64,000 bases of DNA, taken from an uncultured Holophaga sp. Lineage in GTDB: Bacteria; Acidobacteriota; Holophagae; Holophagales; Holophagaceae. The notes beneath the pieces are model-generated. The model made no database searches, was not told the origin of the DNA, and saw only the letters and a list, made by a program, of their open reading frames with translations. The DNA lies in the NCBI GenBank assembly GCA_963664825.1, contig OY761614.1, positions 1,536,001 through 1,600,000 on the forward strand. Reading direction: 5' to 3'. Of the stretch, positions 49,918-59,155 are shown piece by piece (the first letter of the stretch is position 1; each line of letters begins with the position of its first letter). The position numbers and the translations under genes are program-made.

Positions 49918-50925
49918 ATGCGGGTCATAGATTCTCTGGAACGTCCTCTGCGAGCCCTTCGGGTCTCGGTGACGGATCGTTGCAATCTCCGATGCTCCTA
50001 CTGTATGCCTCGGGAGCGTTTCGGGGAGGGGCACGCCTTTCTTTCCCCGGGAGAGATCCTGGATTTTGACGAGATCGAGCGCCTGGCCCGTATCTTCGTG
50101 GGCCTGGGGGTTGAAAAGCTCCGGATCACCGGGGGCGAACCCCTGCTCCGTCCGGGACTGCCCTCTCTCATCGCTCGCCTGCGGAGGATCGAGGGCCTCC
50201 GGGAATTGGCGCTCACCACCAATGGCGTGCTCTTGGAGGGCCTCGCCCAGCCTCTACGGGAGGCCGGTCTGGACCGGATCACCGTGAGCCTGGATTCCCT
50301 GGATCCCGGGCGCTACGCGGCCATCTCCGACTCCAGGTTCCCTCTGGGCCGGGCCCTGGCCGGCATCCAGGCCGCCCGGGAGGTCGGCTTCTTCCCCATC
50401 AAGCTCAACTGTGTGCTGCAACGCGGCATGAACGAATCCGATATCCTGCCCTTGGCCGAATTCGCCCGGGAAGAGGGCCACACCCTGCGTTTTATCGAAT
50501 TCATGGACGTGGGCCCGGATAGTGCCTGGGCCCTGGATAGGGTCGTACCCGCCTCGGAAGTCGCGGAGATCCTCGCCTTCCGTTGGCCCATGGAGCCCTT
50601 CCATAGCGCCCACACCAACTGTGTGGCCCAGCACTGGCGCTACCTGGATGGCCGTGGCGACCTGGGGCTCATCGCCTCTGTCACCCAACCCTTCTGTGCC
50701 GGCTGCGACCGGGCAAGGCTCTCGGCGGAAGGCAGGCTCTACACCTGTCTCTTCGCCCACGAAGGCCTGGATCTCAAGGCGCCCTTGCGCGCCGAGGCCT
50801 CGGATGGGGAGCTGAAGGCCCTGGTGCAGTGCCGCTGGCAGCGCCGGAACGATCGCTATTCCGAACTCCGCTCTGAAACAACAACACCCCGGCCTAAAGT
50901 GGAGATGTCCCACATCGGTGGATGA
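49918..50925 (+). CDS. moaA: GTP 3',8-cyclase
   Basis: LRVSVTDRCNLRCSYCMP, LRITGGEPL, PFCAGCDRARL..C and a C-terminal MSHIGG. Confidence 0.96.
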   Translation: MRVIDSLERPLRALRVSVTDRCNLRCSYCMPRERFGEGHAFLSPGEILDFDEIERLARIFVGLGVEKLRITGGEPLLRPGLPSLIARLRRIEGLRELALTTNGVLLEGLAQPLREAGLDRITVSLDSLDPGRYAAISDSRFPLGRALAGIQAAREVGFFPIKLNCVLQRGMNESDILPLAEFAREEGHTLRFIEFMDVGPDSAWALDRVVPASEVAEILAFRWPMEPFHSAHTNCVAQHWRYLDGRGDLGLIASVTQPFCAGCDRARLSAEGRLYTCLFAHEGLDLKAPLRAEASDGELKALVQCRWQRRNDRYSELRSETTTPRPKVEMSHIGG

Positions 50926-50932
50926 GTCGCTG

Positions 50933-51379
50933 TCAGCTCTTCAGGCAGGCCAGGGCCTCCTGGAGGCAGGCTTCCCAGGTCTCGTCGGAGGTCTCCACCA
51001 GGTGGAATTCCACAGCGTTATTGGCCGGGTGCGCTTCTCCGTGGGCCGACCAAGCCTCGAAGAGGGCATCCAGGGGATTGCGGTCGAGCTTATTGGAGCG
51101 GTGCTTGTGGGATTTCCGCACCCGGTCGGGATCCGGCCCCCGCATGGAGAGGCCCTGGTTGGGGGCGGCATGGAAGCAGAAGACCTGGGACCAGACCGTG
51201 CCCACCCGCTGATCGAAGTGCAGGTAGTTACCGTGGTTGGAGGAGGTGATGGTGAGTCTGCGGGTGGGGCCCTGCCAGGCCGTGCCCCAGCGGAGGATCA
51301 GGGCCTGGGCCCGGCTCCGGTCCTGGGCGTGTCTGAGGGAGGCCCAGGCCGCGTCGAGAAAGGGTTCAAGGATCTCCAA
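50933..51379 (-). CDS. Hypothetical protein
   Basis: 148-aa ORF convergent with moaA; start codon uncertain. Confidence 0.5.
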   Translation of the reverse strand: MEILEPFLDAAWASLRHAQDRSRAQALILRWGTAWQGPTRRLTITSSNHGNYLHFDQRVGTVWSQVFCFHAAPNQGLSMRGPDPDRVRKSHKHRSNKLDRNPLDALFEAWSAHGEAHPANNAVEFHLVETSDETWEACLQEALACLKS

Positions 51380-51484
51380 GAGGCACTCCGGCGGAAAATT
51401 CCCTCTAATAAGTTAACCCAAAGGGGGGGAATATCCGAGAGGATTAGGGTAGGCTCCATGGTCTGCCATTACTGAAAATACCGG

Positions 51485-53431
51485 ATGACCCTCAACCTGC
51501 TTCGCCATTTCCGACGCCCCCCTCTGTGGTGGATGATCCCGGCCTTCGCGGCTGCGCCGGTGGTGTGGGTGTTCGTAATCCTTCGCTGGGGAATGGGCTA
51601 CACGGGAGGAGGTCTCCTGATGGGTCTGCTCCTGGTGGGCCTGGGTGGACTCGGAGTCCTGGCCGCCTTGTTGATCCATGCCTATGTCCAGACCAGCCTC
51701 AGGGCGACGGCCCTGGCTGTGCGCAGGGATTCCGTGGGGGACTTCCAGGGATTTCTGGAAATGCTTCCCATTGGAACGGCCATCACCGATGGCCGGGGGC
51801 GCTTGGTCTGGTGCAACCAGAAGGCGCTGGATTTCTTCGGGGTCACTGAAGAAGAGGCCAAGCTCGCCGATGGGACCGATCCCCAAGCCCTGATCCTGAA
51901 GCCGGACGGGAACCCCATGGATCCTGCTGAGCGGCCCCTCACTAAGGCCCTCGCCACCGGACAGGCTGTGCGGGATATCACGCTGGGGCTGGAACGCAGT
52001 TCCGATGGCGTCTGGGTTTGGGCCTCGGTCTCGGCGGAGCCTCGCCTCAACCCCGATGGGGGCATCCGGGATGTGGTGGTCACCTTCGAGGATGTCACCC
52101 AGAAGCACACGACGGAAGCCGAGCTGACGATCCAGACTTTCCGGGATCGCCTGACTTCCCTGCCTAATCGCACGCTCTTCATGGAGCGGCTCACCCAGGC
52201 GATCCTCCGTACCGAGCGCCGCAAGCTGGCCACGGCCGTCCTCTATCTGGACCTGGACCGCTTCAAGGTGGTCAACGATAGTCTGGGCCACGAGGCTGGA
52301 GATCATCTCCTGATGCAGGTGGCAAGGCGGCTCCGGGGCTGTCTTCGACCCGTGGATACCGTGGCCCGGCTGGGGGGGGACGAATTCGTCATTCTTTTCG
52401 AGGATCTGCCATCTCCCAGCGAAGCGCTCCGGGTGGCCGAGCGCATCTTCGAGAGCCTGAAGGAGCCCTTTGTCCTCCAAAGCCAGGAGGTCTTCGTCAC
52501 GTGCAGCATGGGCCTCGTCCTCTGCAGCCTTGCCGAGACGATTCCCTCCGAGATGGTGCGGGACGCCGAGGTGGCCATGTACCGGGCCAAGGCCAAGGGT
52601 GAAGGCAGCATCGAGATATTCGACCCCAGCATGAATGCCCAGGCCATCACGCGCTTCCAGCTTGAAAGCGAACTGCGGCGGGCCTTGGAACGGGAAGAGT
52701 TCGTCCTCTTCTACCAGCCTCTCGTCTCCCTTCGCACGGGCCGGATCGAGGGCTGGGAGGCCCTGATCCGCTGGAAGCATCCCGAACGGGGCCTCGTGCC
52801 GCCCTTCGACTTCATCTCCCTGACCGAGGAAACGGGTTTGATCGTTCCCATCGGGAAATGGGTGCTCGAGGAGGCCCTGCGCCAGGCCAGCTCCTGGCAC
52901 GAGCGCTTCCCCTCAGATCCGCCCCGCCTCATGAACGTGAATATTTCGGGCCGTCAGTTCCAGCAGCGGGAACTGATCGCCACCGTCACCGAGGCCCTGG
53001 AAACCACCTCCTTCCCTCCCACCTGCCTCAAGCTCGAGATCACCGAGAGCGTGATGATGCGTGACCCCCAGGCCAGCCTCGAGGCCATGAATGTCTTCCG
53101 GGGCCTGAATATCCACCTCGTCATCGATGATTTCGGAACGGGCTACAGCTCCCTCAGCTACCTGAAGCGCTTCCCTGTGGACACCCTGAAGATCGACAAG
53201 AGCTTCGTGGATGGGCTGGGGAAGGATGCGGAGAGCACGGCCATCGTGGGCGCCATCATCTCCCTGGCCAAGTCTCTGGGCATGCGAGTGACGGCTGAAG
53301 GCATTGAGACGCAGGAACAATTGGAGCACCTCCGGCTTCTCCACTGCGATCAGGGCCAAGGCTATTTATTCTCTCGTCCTCTCGCAGCCGCGCAGGCAGA
53401 AGAACTCCTTGCGAAAAATCCGGTCTGGTAA
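51485..53431 (+). CDS. Membrane-anchored PAS-GGDEF-EAL c-di-GMP enzyme
   Basis: 2 TM segments, PAS, RxxD I-site (RPVD) before GGDEF, EAL, DDFGTGYSS and AEGIET. Confidence 0.94.
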   Translation: MTLNLLRHFRRPPLWWMIPAFAAAPVVWVFVILRWGMGYTGGGLLMGLLLVGLGGLGVLAALLIHAYVQTSLRATALAVRRDSVGDFQGFLEMLPIGTAITDGRGRLVWCNQKALDFFGVTEEEAKLADGTDPQALILKPDGNPMDPAERPLTKALATGQAVRDITLGLERSSDGVWVWASVSAEPRLNPDGGIRDVVVTFEDVTQKHTTEAELTIQTFRDRLTSLPNRTLFMERLTQAILRTERRKLATAVLYLDLDRFKVVNDSLGHEAGDHLLMQVARRLRGCLRPVDTVARLGGDEFVILFEDLPSPSEALRVAERIFESLKEPFVLQSQEVFVTCSMGLVLCSLAETIPSEMVRDAEVAMYRAKAKGEGSIEIFDPSMNAQAITRFQLESELRRALEREEFVLFYQPLVSLRTGRIEGWEALIRWKHPERGLVPPFDFISLTEETGLIVPIGKWVLEEALRQASSWHERFPSDPPRLMNVNISGRQFQQRELIATVTEALETTSFPPTCLKLEITESVMMRDPQASLEAMNVFRGLNIHLVIDDFGTGYSSLSYLKRFPVDTLKIDKSFVDGLGKDAESTAIVGAIISLAKSLGMRVTAEGIETQEQLEHLRLLHCDQGQGYLFSRPLAAAQAEELLAKNPVW

Positions 53432-53509
53432 GCGAAACCTGCGGATTCCCCTTCCTCCGCGCGCTTTGTCCTGCTAAACCTTTGAGACTCCCACAAGGCC
53501 GAGGCCGCC

Positions 53510-53785
53510 ATGATCAAGATCGATATTGCGAACGCCCTGATGCAGACGCTGCCCATTTCCAAGGCCACGGCCCTGCAGGTGGTGGATCTCCTCACGGACC
53601 GCATGAAGAACGCCTTGCTGGAGGGCGAACGCATCGAAGTGCGCGGCTTTGGCGTGTTTGAACCTCGTCCTCGCAAGCGGGGGATGGGCCGCAACATCAA
53701 GACGGGCCAGAGCGTGGAGATCCCCAAGGGGAAGAGCATCCGCTTCAAGCCGGGCAAGGATCTGCGCGATATCGACGTGGATTGA
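53510..53785 (+). CDS. HU/IHF-family DNA-binding protein
   Basis: GERIEVRGFGVF, GRNIKTG and IRFKPGK motifs. Confidence 0.92.
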   Translation: MIKIDIANALMQTLPISKATALQVVDLLTDRMKNALLEGERIEVRGFGVFEPRPRKRGMGRNIKTGQSVEIPKGKSIRFKPGKDLRDIDVD

Positions 53786-53816
53786 CCTATTCCCGGGCGC
53801 GCCCGGGGGCATTGGA

Positions 53817-53857
53817 ATCGAAAAGGCCGCAGAGGAATCCTCTGTGGCCTTTTCGAT
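53817..53857. terminator. Long hairpin with A/T tails, likely intrinsic (possibly bidirectional) terminator
   Basis: ATCGAAAAGGCCGCAGAGG-AAT-CCTCTGTGGCCTTTTCGAT just downstream of the HU/IHF gene. Confidence 0.75.
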
Positions 53858-53952
53858 AGAGTCCCGATTCCAGGCTCCCTTGACAGGGCAGGACCTGGCG
53901 GAGTAAGGGTGAAACATCCATTCTGGACAGTGTTCACCTCGTGAGGAAGGCC

Positions 53953-55323
53953 ATGCGCGTTGCATCGTTGGTGGTCATGGGCTCCTTGAGCGCGAGTTGG
54001 CTGGGCGCTCAGAGTGCGATTGGGGATCTGGAGGCCGCGTCTCGCCAGAAAGTGCAGCGCTTCCAGAGCTCGGGCAGCATGAATATCAAACCCGTGCAAA
54101 GGCCCAGCCAGACCAGGACTCCTGTGCCCAATCCTTCCGCCAGGCTCATGACGGGCGTATTCGGACAGATGCTGTCCAGCGCCTTCCAGGCGACTCCGGC
54201 CAGCGTGACGACGACCTCGGCGGCCCGGGATTCAGCCCAGATGCAGCTGGAGGTTAAGCTCGAACAGCAGCGGCAGGATGATGCCGAGCGCGGTCAGCAG
54301 GAGCTTCGGAACTGGGCGGACAACTATTCGAGCCAATTGAACCGGGCCCTCGATGCCCAGCAGCGGGGGGATGCAACGCTGGAAGACGTGTCGGCGGCGG
54401 CTTCCGGTCCCTGGGATGGCCGCTCCGCTCCCAACCTTCGGGGTGAACTCCCCATCATGCTCGATGCACCGGCCGTCGTGGACCTGAGCCAAAGCAAGAC
54501 TCTCACCCCCAGCCTGCTTCGCGACGCCAAGGGGGCCAAACGCACCCAGGTCACAGCCGACGAGGTCCTGAAGCGGCGGGAGCTGGCCCAGGAAAAACTC
54601 AAGCGAATGATGGAAGAGAACAAGGACCTCAAGACCATGGGGAAGAGGTTCTACGAGTTGGAAGATGAGCTGAGCCGTCTCAAGCGGGAGGCCACCCATC
54701 TGGGGACGGAGGCCCGCACCCTGCAGCGGGATTTCGATGGATGGGGATGGCAGGTGGACAAGGCCGTGCAGGACGCCCTCCAGCGGGGCCTCAGCCTTTT
54801 GACGGGCACGATCGTTCCGGATGGGACTTCGGACGGGTTGAAGACGCTGCGGAAGAATCCCAAGCTCTGGGGCGAGACGATGGAATCCCTGGCTTCGATC
54901 CATGATTTTTCGGAATTCGTCAATGAGATGGGAGACCGCTTCGAGGCCGCCAAGCAGGCCATCGACTGGGCCCAGGCCAAGCGGAACCTCTCCAAGGACC
55001 TGGATTTCGTCGCCTCGAACCTGGGCAATGCTAACCCGGCCTGGAAGGCCATGAGCACGCAGTGGGAGCTAGGGAAGAGCATCGTGGGTTCGGGTCTGGA
55101 TGTGGCCCAGGAATTGGATGCCTGGGGCAACATGAACAATGCCCAGGGAGAACTCAAGCTGGTGAAGGTCGATCAGCAGATCGTCCAGAGGAAGATGGGC
55201 GTGCTGATCGGGGAGCTTCAGAAATCCCGCACCGCCATTGCCGACAAACTGGGCCTCAAACCCGAGGATCTGATTCCTGCCCCCAAGCCCACCGGCCTGG
55301 GAAGCAACGTGCCGCCCCTTTGA
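53953..55323 (+). CDS. Hypothetical exported helical/coiled-coil protein
   Basis: Signal-peptide-like N-terminus, long heptad-rich segments, GAGG RBS. Confidence 0.65.
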   Translation: MRVASLVVMGSLSASWLGAQSAIGDLEAASRQKVQRFQSSGSMNIKPVQRPSQTRTPVPNPSARLMTGVFGQMLSSAFQATPASVTTTSAARDSAQMQLEVKLEQQRQDDAERGQQELRNWADNYSSQLNRALDAQQRGDATLEDVSAAASGPWDGRSAPNLRGELPIMLDAPAVVDLSQSKTLTPSLLRDAKGAKRTQVTADEVLKRRELAQEKLKRMMEENKDLKTMGKRFYELEDELSRLKREATHLGTEARTLQRDFDGWGWQVDKAVQDALQRGLSLLTGTIVPDGTSDGLKTLRKNPKLWGETMESLASIHDFSEFVNEMGDRFEAAKQAIDWAQAKRNLSKDLDFVASNLGNANPAWKAMSTQWELGKSIVGSGLDVAQELDAWGNMNNAQGELKLVKVDQQIVQRKMGVLIGELQKSRTAIADKLGLKPEDLIPAPKPTGLGSNVPPL

Positions 55324-55355
55324 AGGCGGATTCACCCTAGACCCGGAGAAGGACC

Positions 55356-56465
55356 ATGGCATCTCACCTCTCAGTGTCCCTGGCAGCAACCCTGCTTCTG
55401 GGGGTCCCCCTTCCCGCCCAGGCCCCAGCCTCGGGAGCCAAAGCCCAGGAGCGGGAGGCGGCTCCCGTGCAGAACGAGGCCAGGCGCTACATGGTCAGAG
55501 GTTCGGCCGCGCTCGAGACCGCCAAGAGCGACGGGGATCTGGTTCTGGCCGCAGAGCAGTTCCAGAAGGCCGTGGAGACCGCTCCCAACTGGGCTCTGCC
55601 CTGGTACAACCTGGGCATCGTGCAGTCCAAGTTGGGCCGGTTGGAAGCAGCCATGGCCAGCTTCAAGATGTACCGGAAACTGGCCCCGGATGCCCAGAAT
55701 GGCGGCTGGGTGGAGGACGAGATCATCAAGCTGGAATTCCGGATGGAGCAGCAGCATCTCTCCCAGAGCCGCACCGGCAGCTGGGTTGTCGACACAGGGA
55801 CCTCATACCAGGCCACGTTGAACGGCAACAAGTTGGAACTTGCGGCTTCCGTGAGTCTGGGGGAGGAGGAGGTGGAGACCAGCTTTGTCGACCGGGCGCC
55901 CGAGCGGACGACTCGCACCTTCCTGCTGGATCTGCACGGCGCTTCCGCCACGGGAACCATGCGGCGGGCCGAGACGCGAACGGCCGTATGCACGGTTCCC
56001 GAGGATGTCTCCGAGGTCACGGGAGTCTTCGACGATGCCAAGCACTGCCTGACCCTTCACTTTCAGAGGACCAAGTACCAGACCTCCGCCCGCTCGAGCC
56101 TCTTCCTGGACCCCGTCGAATGCTTGGGGGTGAGGAATCTGGGCCCCATCAAGACGACGTTTGTGCTCTGGGGCCCCCGGAAATCGGCGATCATCGACGC
56201 TTCTATTTTCTGTGAAGGCGATGATATCAAGGGCACGAAGGTGACGGAGGTCCAGAAGGATTCCCGCTCCGCAGCCGCGGGACTGCGCAAGAAGGACGTG
56301 ATCGTGGCCATCGATGGCGTGCCCTTGACGGCCCTCGCGAGCTGGGGGGAATTCAAATACCGCATCTGGGGTGAACCTGGAAGCGAGGTGGTCCTCACCG
56401 TCCTGCATCACAAGGAGCAGGTGCCTGTGGATATTCGCATCCGCCGAGCGATTCCCCGGGGCTAG
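55356..56465 (+). CDS. Exported TPR + PDZ domain protein
   Basis: Signal peptide, TPR (AVETAPNWALPWYNLG) and C-terminal PDZ (AAAGLRKKDVIVAIDG..GEPGSEVVLTV). Confidence 0.75.
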   Translation: MASHLSVSLAATLLLGVPLPAQAPASGAKAQEREAAPVQNEARRYMVRGSAALETAKSDGDLVLAAEQFQKAVETAPNWALPWYNLGIVQSKLGRLEAAMASFKMYRKLAPDAQNGGWVEDEIIKLEFRMEQQHLSQSRTGSWVVDTGTSYQATLNGNKLELAASVSLGEEEVETSFVDRAPERTTRTFLLDLHGASATGTMRRAETRTAVCTVPEDVSEVTGVFDDAKHCLTLHFQRTKYQTSARSSLFLDPVECLGVRNLGPIKTTFVLWGPRKSAIIDASIFCEGDDIKGTKVTEVQKDSRSAAAGLRKKDVIVAIDGVPLTALASWGEFKYRIWGEPGSEVVLTVLHHKEQVPVDIRIRRAIPRG

Positions 56466-56472
56466 GGGTCGC

Positions 56473-57333
56473 CTACCTCTTCCGCAGCTGGGCTAGGATG
56501 ATCAGTTCCCGCAGGGTCTTGGCCATGGTGATGGCCGAGACCCCCGTGGTGTCATAGTGGGGGGCGAGTTCGAGGCAGTCCATGCCAATGAGCCTGCGGC
56601 CTTGGAAGCGCTTGAGGCCGGCGATGAGCAGATCCCAGGTGATGCCGCCGGGCTCGGGCGTGCCGGTGCCTGGATAGAGGCTGGGGTCCAGCACGTCCAT
56701 GTCCAGGGTGATGTAGACGGGCCGGTCGCCGAGCCTTGCCAGCACCTCGTCGATGGCTTCCACCGTGAAGGGGCGGATGGTCTGGTGGGCCTGGGCGATC
56801 TGCCACTCCTCCTGGGATCCGGAGCGGATGCCGAACTGGAAGAGATTCTCGTAGCCCAAGCGATCGGCGGCCCGGCCGATGATGGTGGCGTGGGAGAGGG
56901 TGTCCCCCCACATCTCGGGGCGCAGATCGGCGTGGGCGTCGAAGTGCACCAGGGCCATGTCCGGATGTTCCTCGAAGGCCGCCAGGATGAGGGGCAGGGC
57001 CACCAGATGCTCCCCGCCAAAGGCGATGGGGAACTGGCCCTTGGCGCGGATCTCCTTCACCGCCGATTCGATATCGGAGAGCACCCGCTCCTTCTGGCCC
57101 GGGGGCAGGAAGAGATCGCCGTAGTCGCAGAACTTGATATCCAGCAGGCTCTGCTGCTGGTAGAAACTGAAGTCCTCCAGGCCGAAGGAGGCCTCCCGCA
57201 CGGCAAAGCCCGCGAAGCGGGATCCCGCCTTGAAGGAGCTGGTTCCATCCCAGCAGACGCCGAAGAGGGCGATCTCGGCCTCCTCCGGCGCGCAGGAGCC
57301 GAGGAAGAGCGGCAGGATGAATTCGTGGGACAC
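56473..57333 (-). CDS. speB: Agmatinase
   Basis: GGEHLV, HFDAHADLR, DMDVLDP, PGTGTPEPGG and ELAP motifs. Confidence 0.92.
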   Translation of the reverse strand: MSHEFILPLFLGSCAPEEAEIALFGVCWDGTSSFKAGSRFAGFAVREASFGLEDFSFYQQQSLLDIKFCDYGDLFLPPGQKERVLSDIESAVKEIRAKGQFPIAFGGEHLVALPLILAAFEEHPDMALVHFDAHADLRPEMWGDTLSHATIIGRAADRLGYENLFQFGIRSGSQEEWQIAQAHQTIRPFTVEAIDEVLARLGDRPVYITLDMDVLDPSLYPGTGTPEPGGITWDLLIAGLKRFQGRRLIGMDCLELAPHYDTTGVSAITMAKTLRELIILAQLRKR

Positions 57334-57353
57334 AGGGGCTCCTTGTGGTTCAG

Positions 57354-58619
57354 CTACAGACTCATGTCTGCTGAAAACTTTTCAACCGAAGACATTGGGC
57401 TGGTGCGATGGATCATGCGGTGGCAGTTCGAACAGAGCACCGCCAGATCCTTGAGCACGGTCGTCATGGGCAGATCAGAAGACGACAGGGGAACCCTATG
57501 GTGGACTTCGCAGAATCCATCACCCAACTTCCCATATGTGGCAGAGAAATCAAAGCCACAGGCTTCACAGGCCAATTGCCCCTTTTCCTGGAGTACGGCG
57601 GCTTTTTTTGCTTTGACGAGTTTCGGATCTCGCTCACGCCGCAGATGAAGAACCAAGCGGGGTGAACCCTCTAGGCTGGGAAAAGGCAGGTCGATATCAG
57701 GCCAGCCGACTTCGGGTCGGGCCGCGACGGAGGATGACTCAAGATCCATCAGCGCGGAAAGGACCTGTGGGTCACTGATGCGATTGAACCCAAAGCTGAA
57801 ATTGCTTTGCGATTTGAGGAACCCGGGGAACCAAGCCATTTCATTCAGTTCCAGAGGTGGAAGGAATGCCATTCCATTCCCATGAATTCGGTACAACTGC
57901 GAAGACTCGTCCTCAAATTCAATGAGCGTGGCCGTGTAGACGCCCCGGAGTGAGTAACGAGTTCCGCCATTAGTTGGAGAACCGTTCACGACCCAGACTC
58001 TGTTCCCGATGGCCTTTTTGAGTAGTCCAACCTTTGCGCTGAGGAACTCAAATTTGCCCTGCGCCTCGTATTCGAAGCCCATTACCTTTGCACTATGGTA
58101 GGCAATGAAGTGCTCTGATTCTTGGGCGTGGGATGAAATGTGGCGGGCGTATGAGAGCAGTCCTGCGGAGTGGAACCTCGCGAAGGGGGTTCCTTTCCTG
58201 GGTTTCCCCGTGGGTGAGAGTGCTGCCAGTTTCACGAATTCGTGGTGAGGCAGCAGTATTTCGGATTCCCATCGCTGGAGATCCGAAGGTGAGCCGAAGA
58301 AGGCACATTGGGGTTGAGAAATGGATTTGTAATCGACTCCACGCAGGTAGGGCAGCAGCCCATCCGGGGCGAAGCCTCGTCCATGCAGGTTGAGATGCAG
58401 GATTCCGTCCTGGAAGACCAGAACCTCGACCTGCCCCACATTCAGACAAAACCCCTTAGGAGAAAGGGTCACCTCGGAAACTCCTGGTACGGCCGATTCT
58501 GCGCATTCCCAAGTCGCCATCAGACGGTTTAGGACCAGGGTCCGCTCACCCACATCGGGCAAGAGGGCGGCCATGACTGTTTCGGCTTTCCCTGCCTCAA
58601 GCGATGCGCTCATCAGCAC
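57354..58619 (-). CDS. HNH endonuclease with McrA-like C-terminal domain
   Basis: ERDPKLVKAKK, CEACGFDF..YG, EVHHRVPL and LCSNCHRMIH motifs; visibly AT-richer than its neighbours. Confidence 0.85.
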   Translation of the reverse strand: MLMSASLEAGKAETVMAALLPDVGERTLVLNRLMATWECAESAVPGVSEVTLSPKGFCLNVGQVEVLVFQDGILHLNLHGRGFAPDGLLPYLRGVDYKSISQPQCAFFGSPSDLQRWESEILLPHHEFVKLAALSPTGKPRKGTPFARFHSAGLLSYARHISSHAQESEHFIAYHSAKVMGFEYEAQGKFEFLSAKVGLLKKAIGNRVWVVNGSPTNGGTRYSLRGVYTATLIEFEDESSQLYRIHGNGMAFLPPLELNEMAWFPGFLKSQSNFSFGFNRISDPQVLSALMDLESSSVAARPEVGWPDIDLPFPSLEGSPRLVLHLRRERDPKLVKAKKAAVLQEKGQLACEACGFDFSATYGKLGDGFCEVHHRVPLSSSDLPMTTVLKDLAVLCSNCHRMIHRTSPMSSVEKFSADMSL

Positions 58620-58620
58620 C

Positions 58621-59067
58621 TCAGGCCTCTTCCAGTTCGATCCGCTCCCACTTCACGGCGAAGTGTTCCAGGATCGCCGTGCGTTCAGCCAGTTCCTGCT
58701 CGGCCATGCTGACGTAGGGGCGGAGGAAGACCACGCGGCGGGTGCCCCGGCGCACCAGGGCGCGGGTGCAGGTGAGGCAGGGTTCGTCGGTCACGTAGGC
58801 GGTGGCGATGGGGCCCTCGGAGAAGCCCAGGGCGTTCTCTTCGGCGTGGCTGGTGTGCAGACACCGCTGTTCGGGATTGCAGGTCCCTGGCGTGCAGTGG
58901 GGCATGCCGGGCAGGGCGCCGTTGAAGCCCCCCGAGGCGATGCCCCCATCGGGGCGCACCAGGATGCAGCCCACCTTCAGGCGGCAGCAGGTCCCCAGGC
59001 GGCTGATTTCCAGGGCCATGCGGAGAAAGACCTGGTCCTTGAGAGCGGAGCGCTGGGGGCTGGGCAT
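58621..59067 (-). CDS. dCMP deaminase/ComEB-family zinc-dependent deaminase
   Basis: VGCILV, GFNG, HAEENAL and PCLTC motifs. Confidence 0.85.
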   Translation of the reverse strand: MPSPQRSALKDQVFLRMALEISRLGTCCRLKVGCILVRPDGGIASGGFNGALPGMPHCTPGTCNPEQRCLHTSHAEENALGFSEGPIATAYVTDEPCLTCTRALVRRGTRRVVFLRPYVSMAEQELAERTAILEHFAVKWERIELEEA

Positions 59068-59155
59068 GGGCGGTTTCCAAGAGGACGGTGCTTCTGAGTT
59101 TTCATCTTTTGGACGGCACGTGGCCTCATGGTGAGGTCGGCGACTATCCAAGAGC

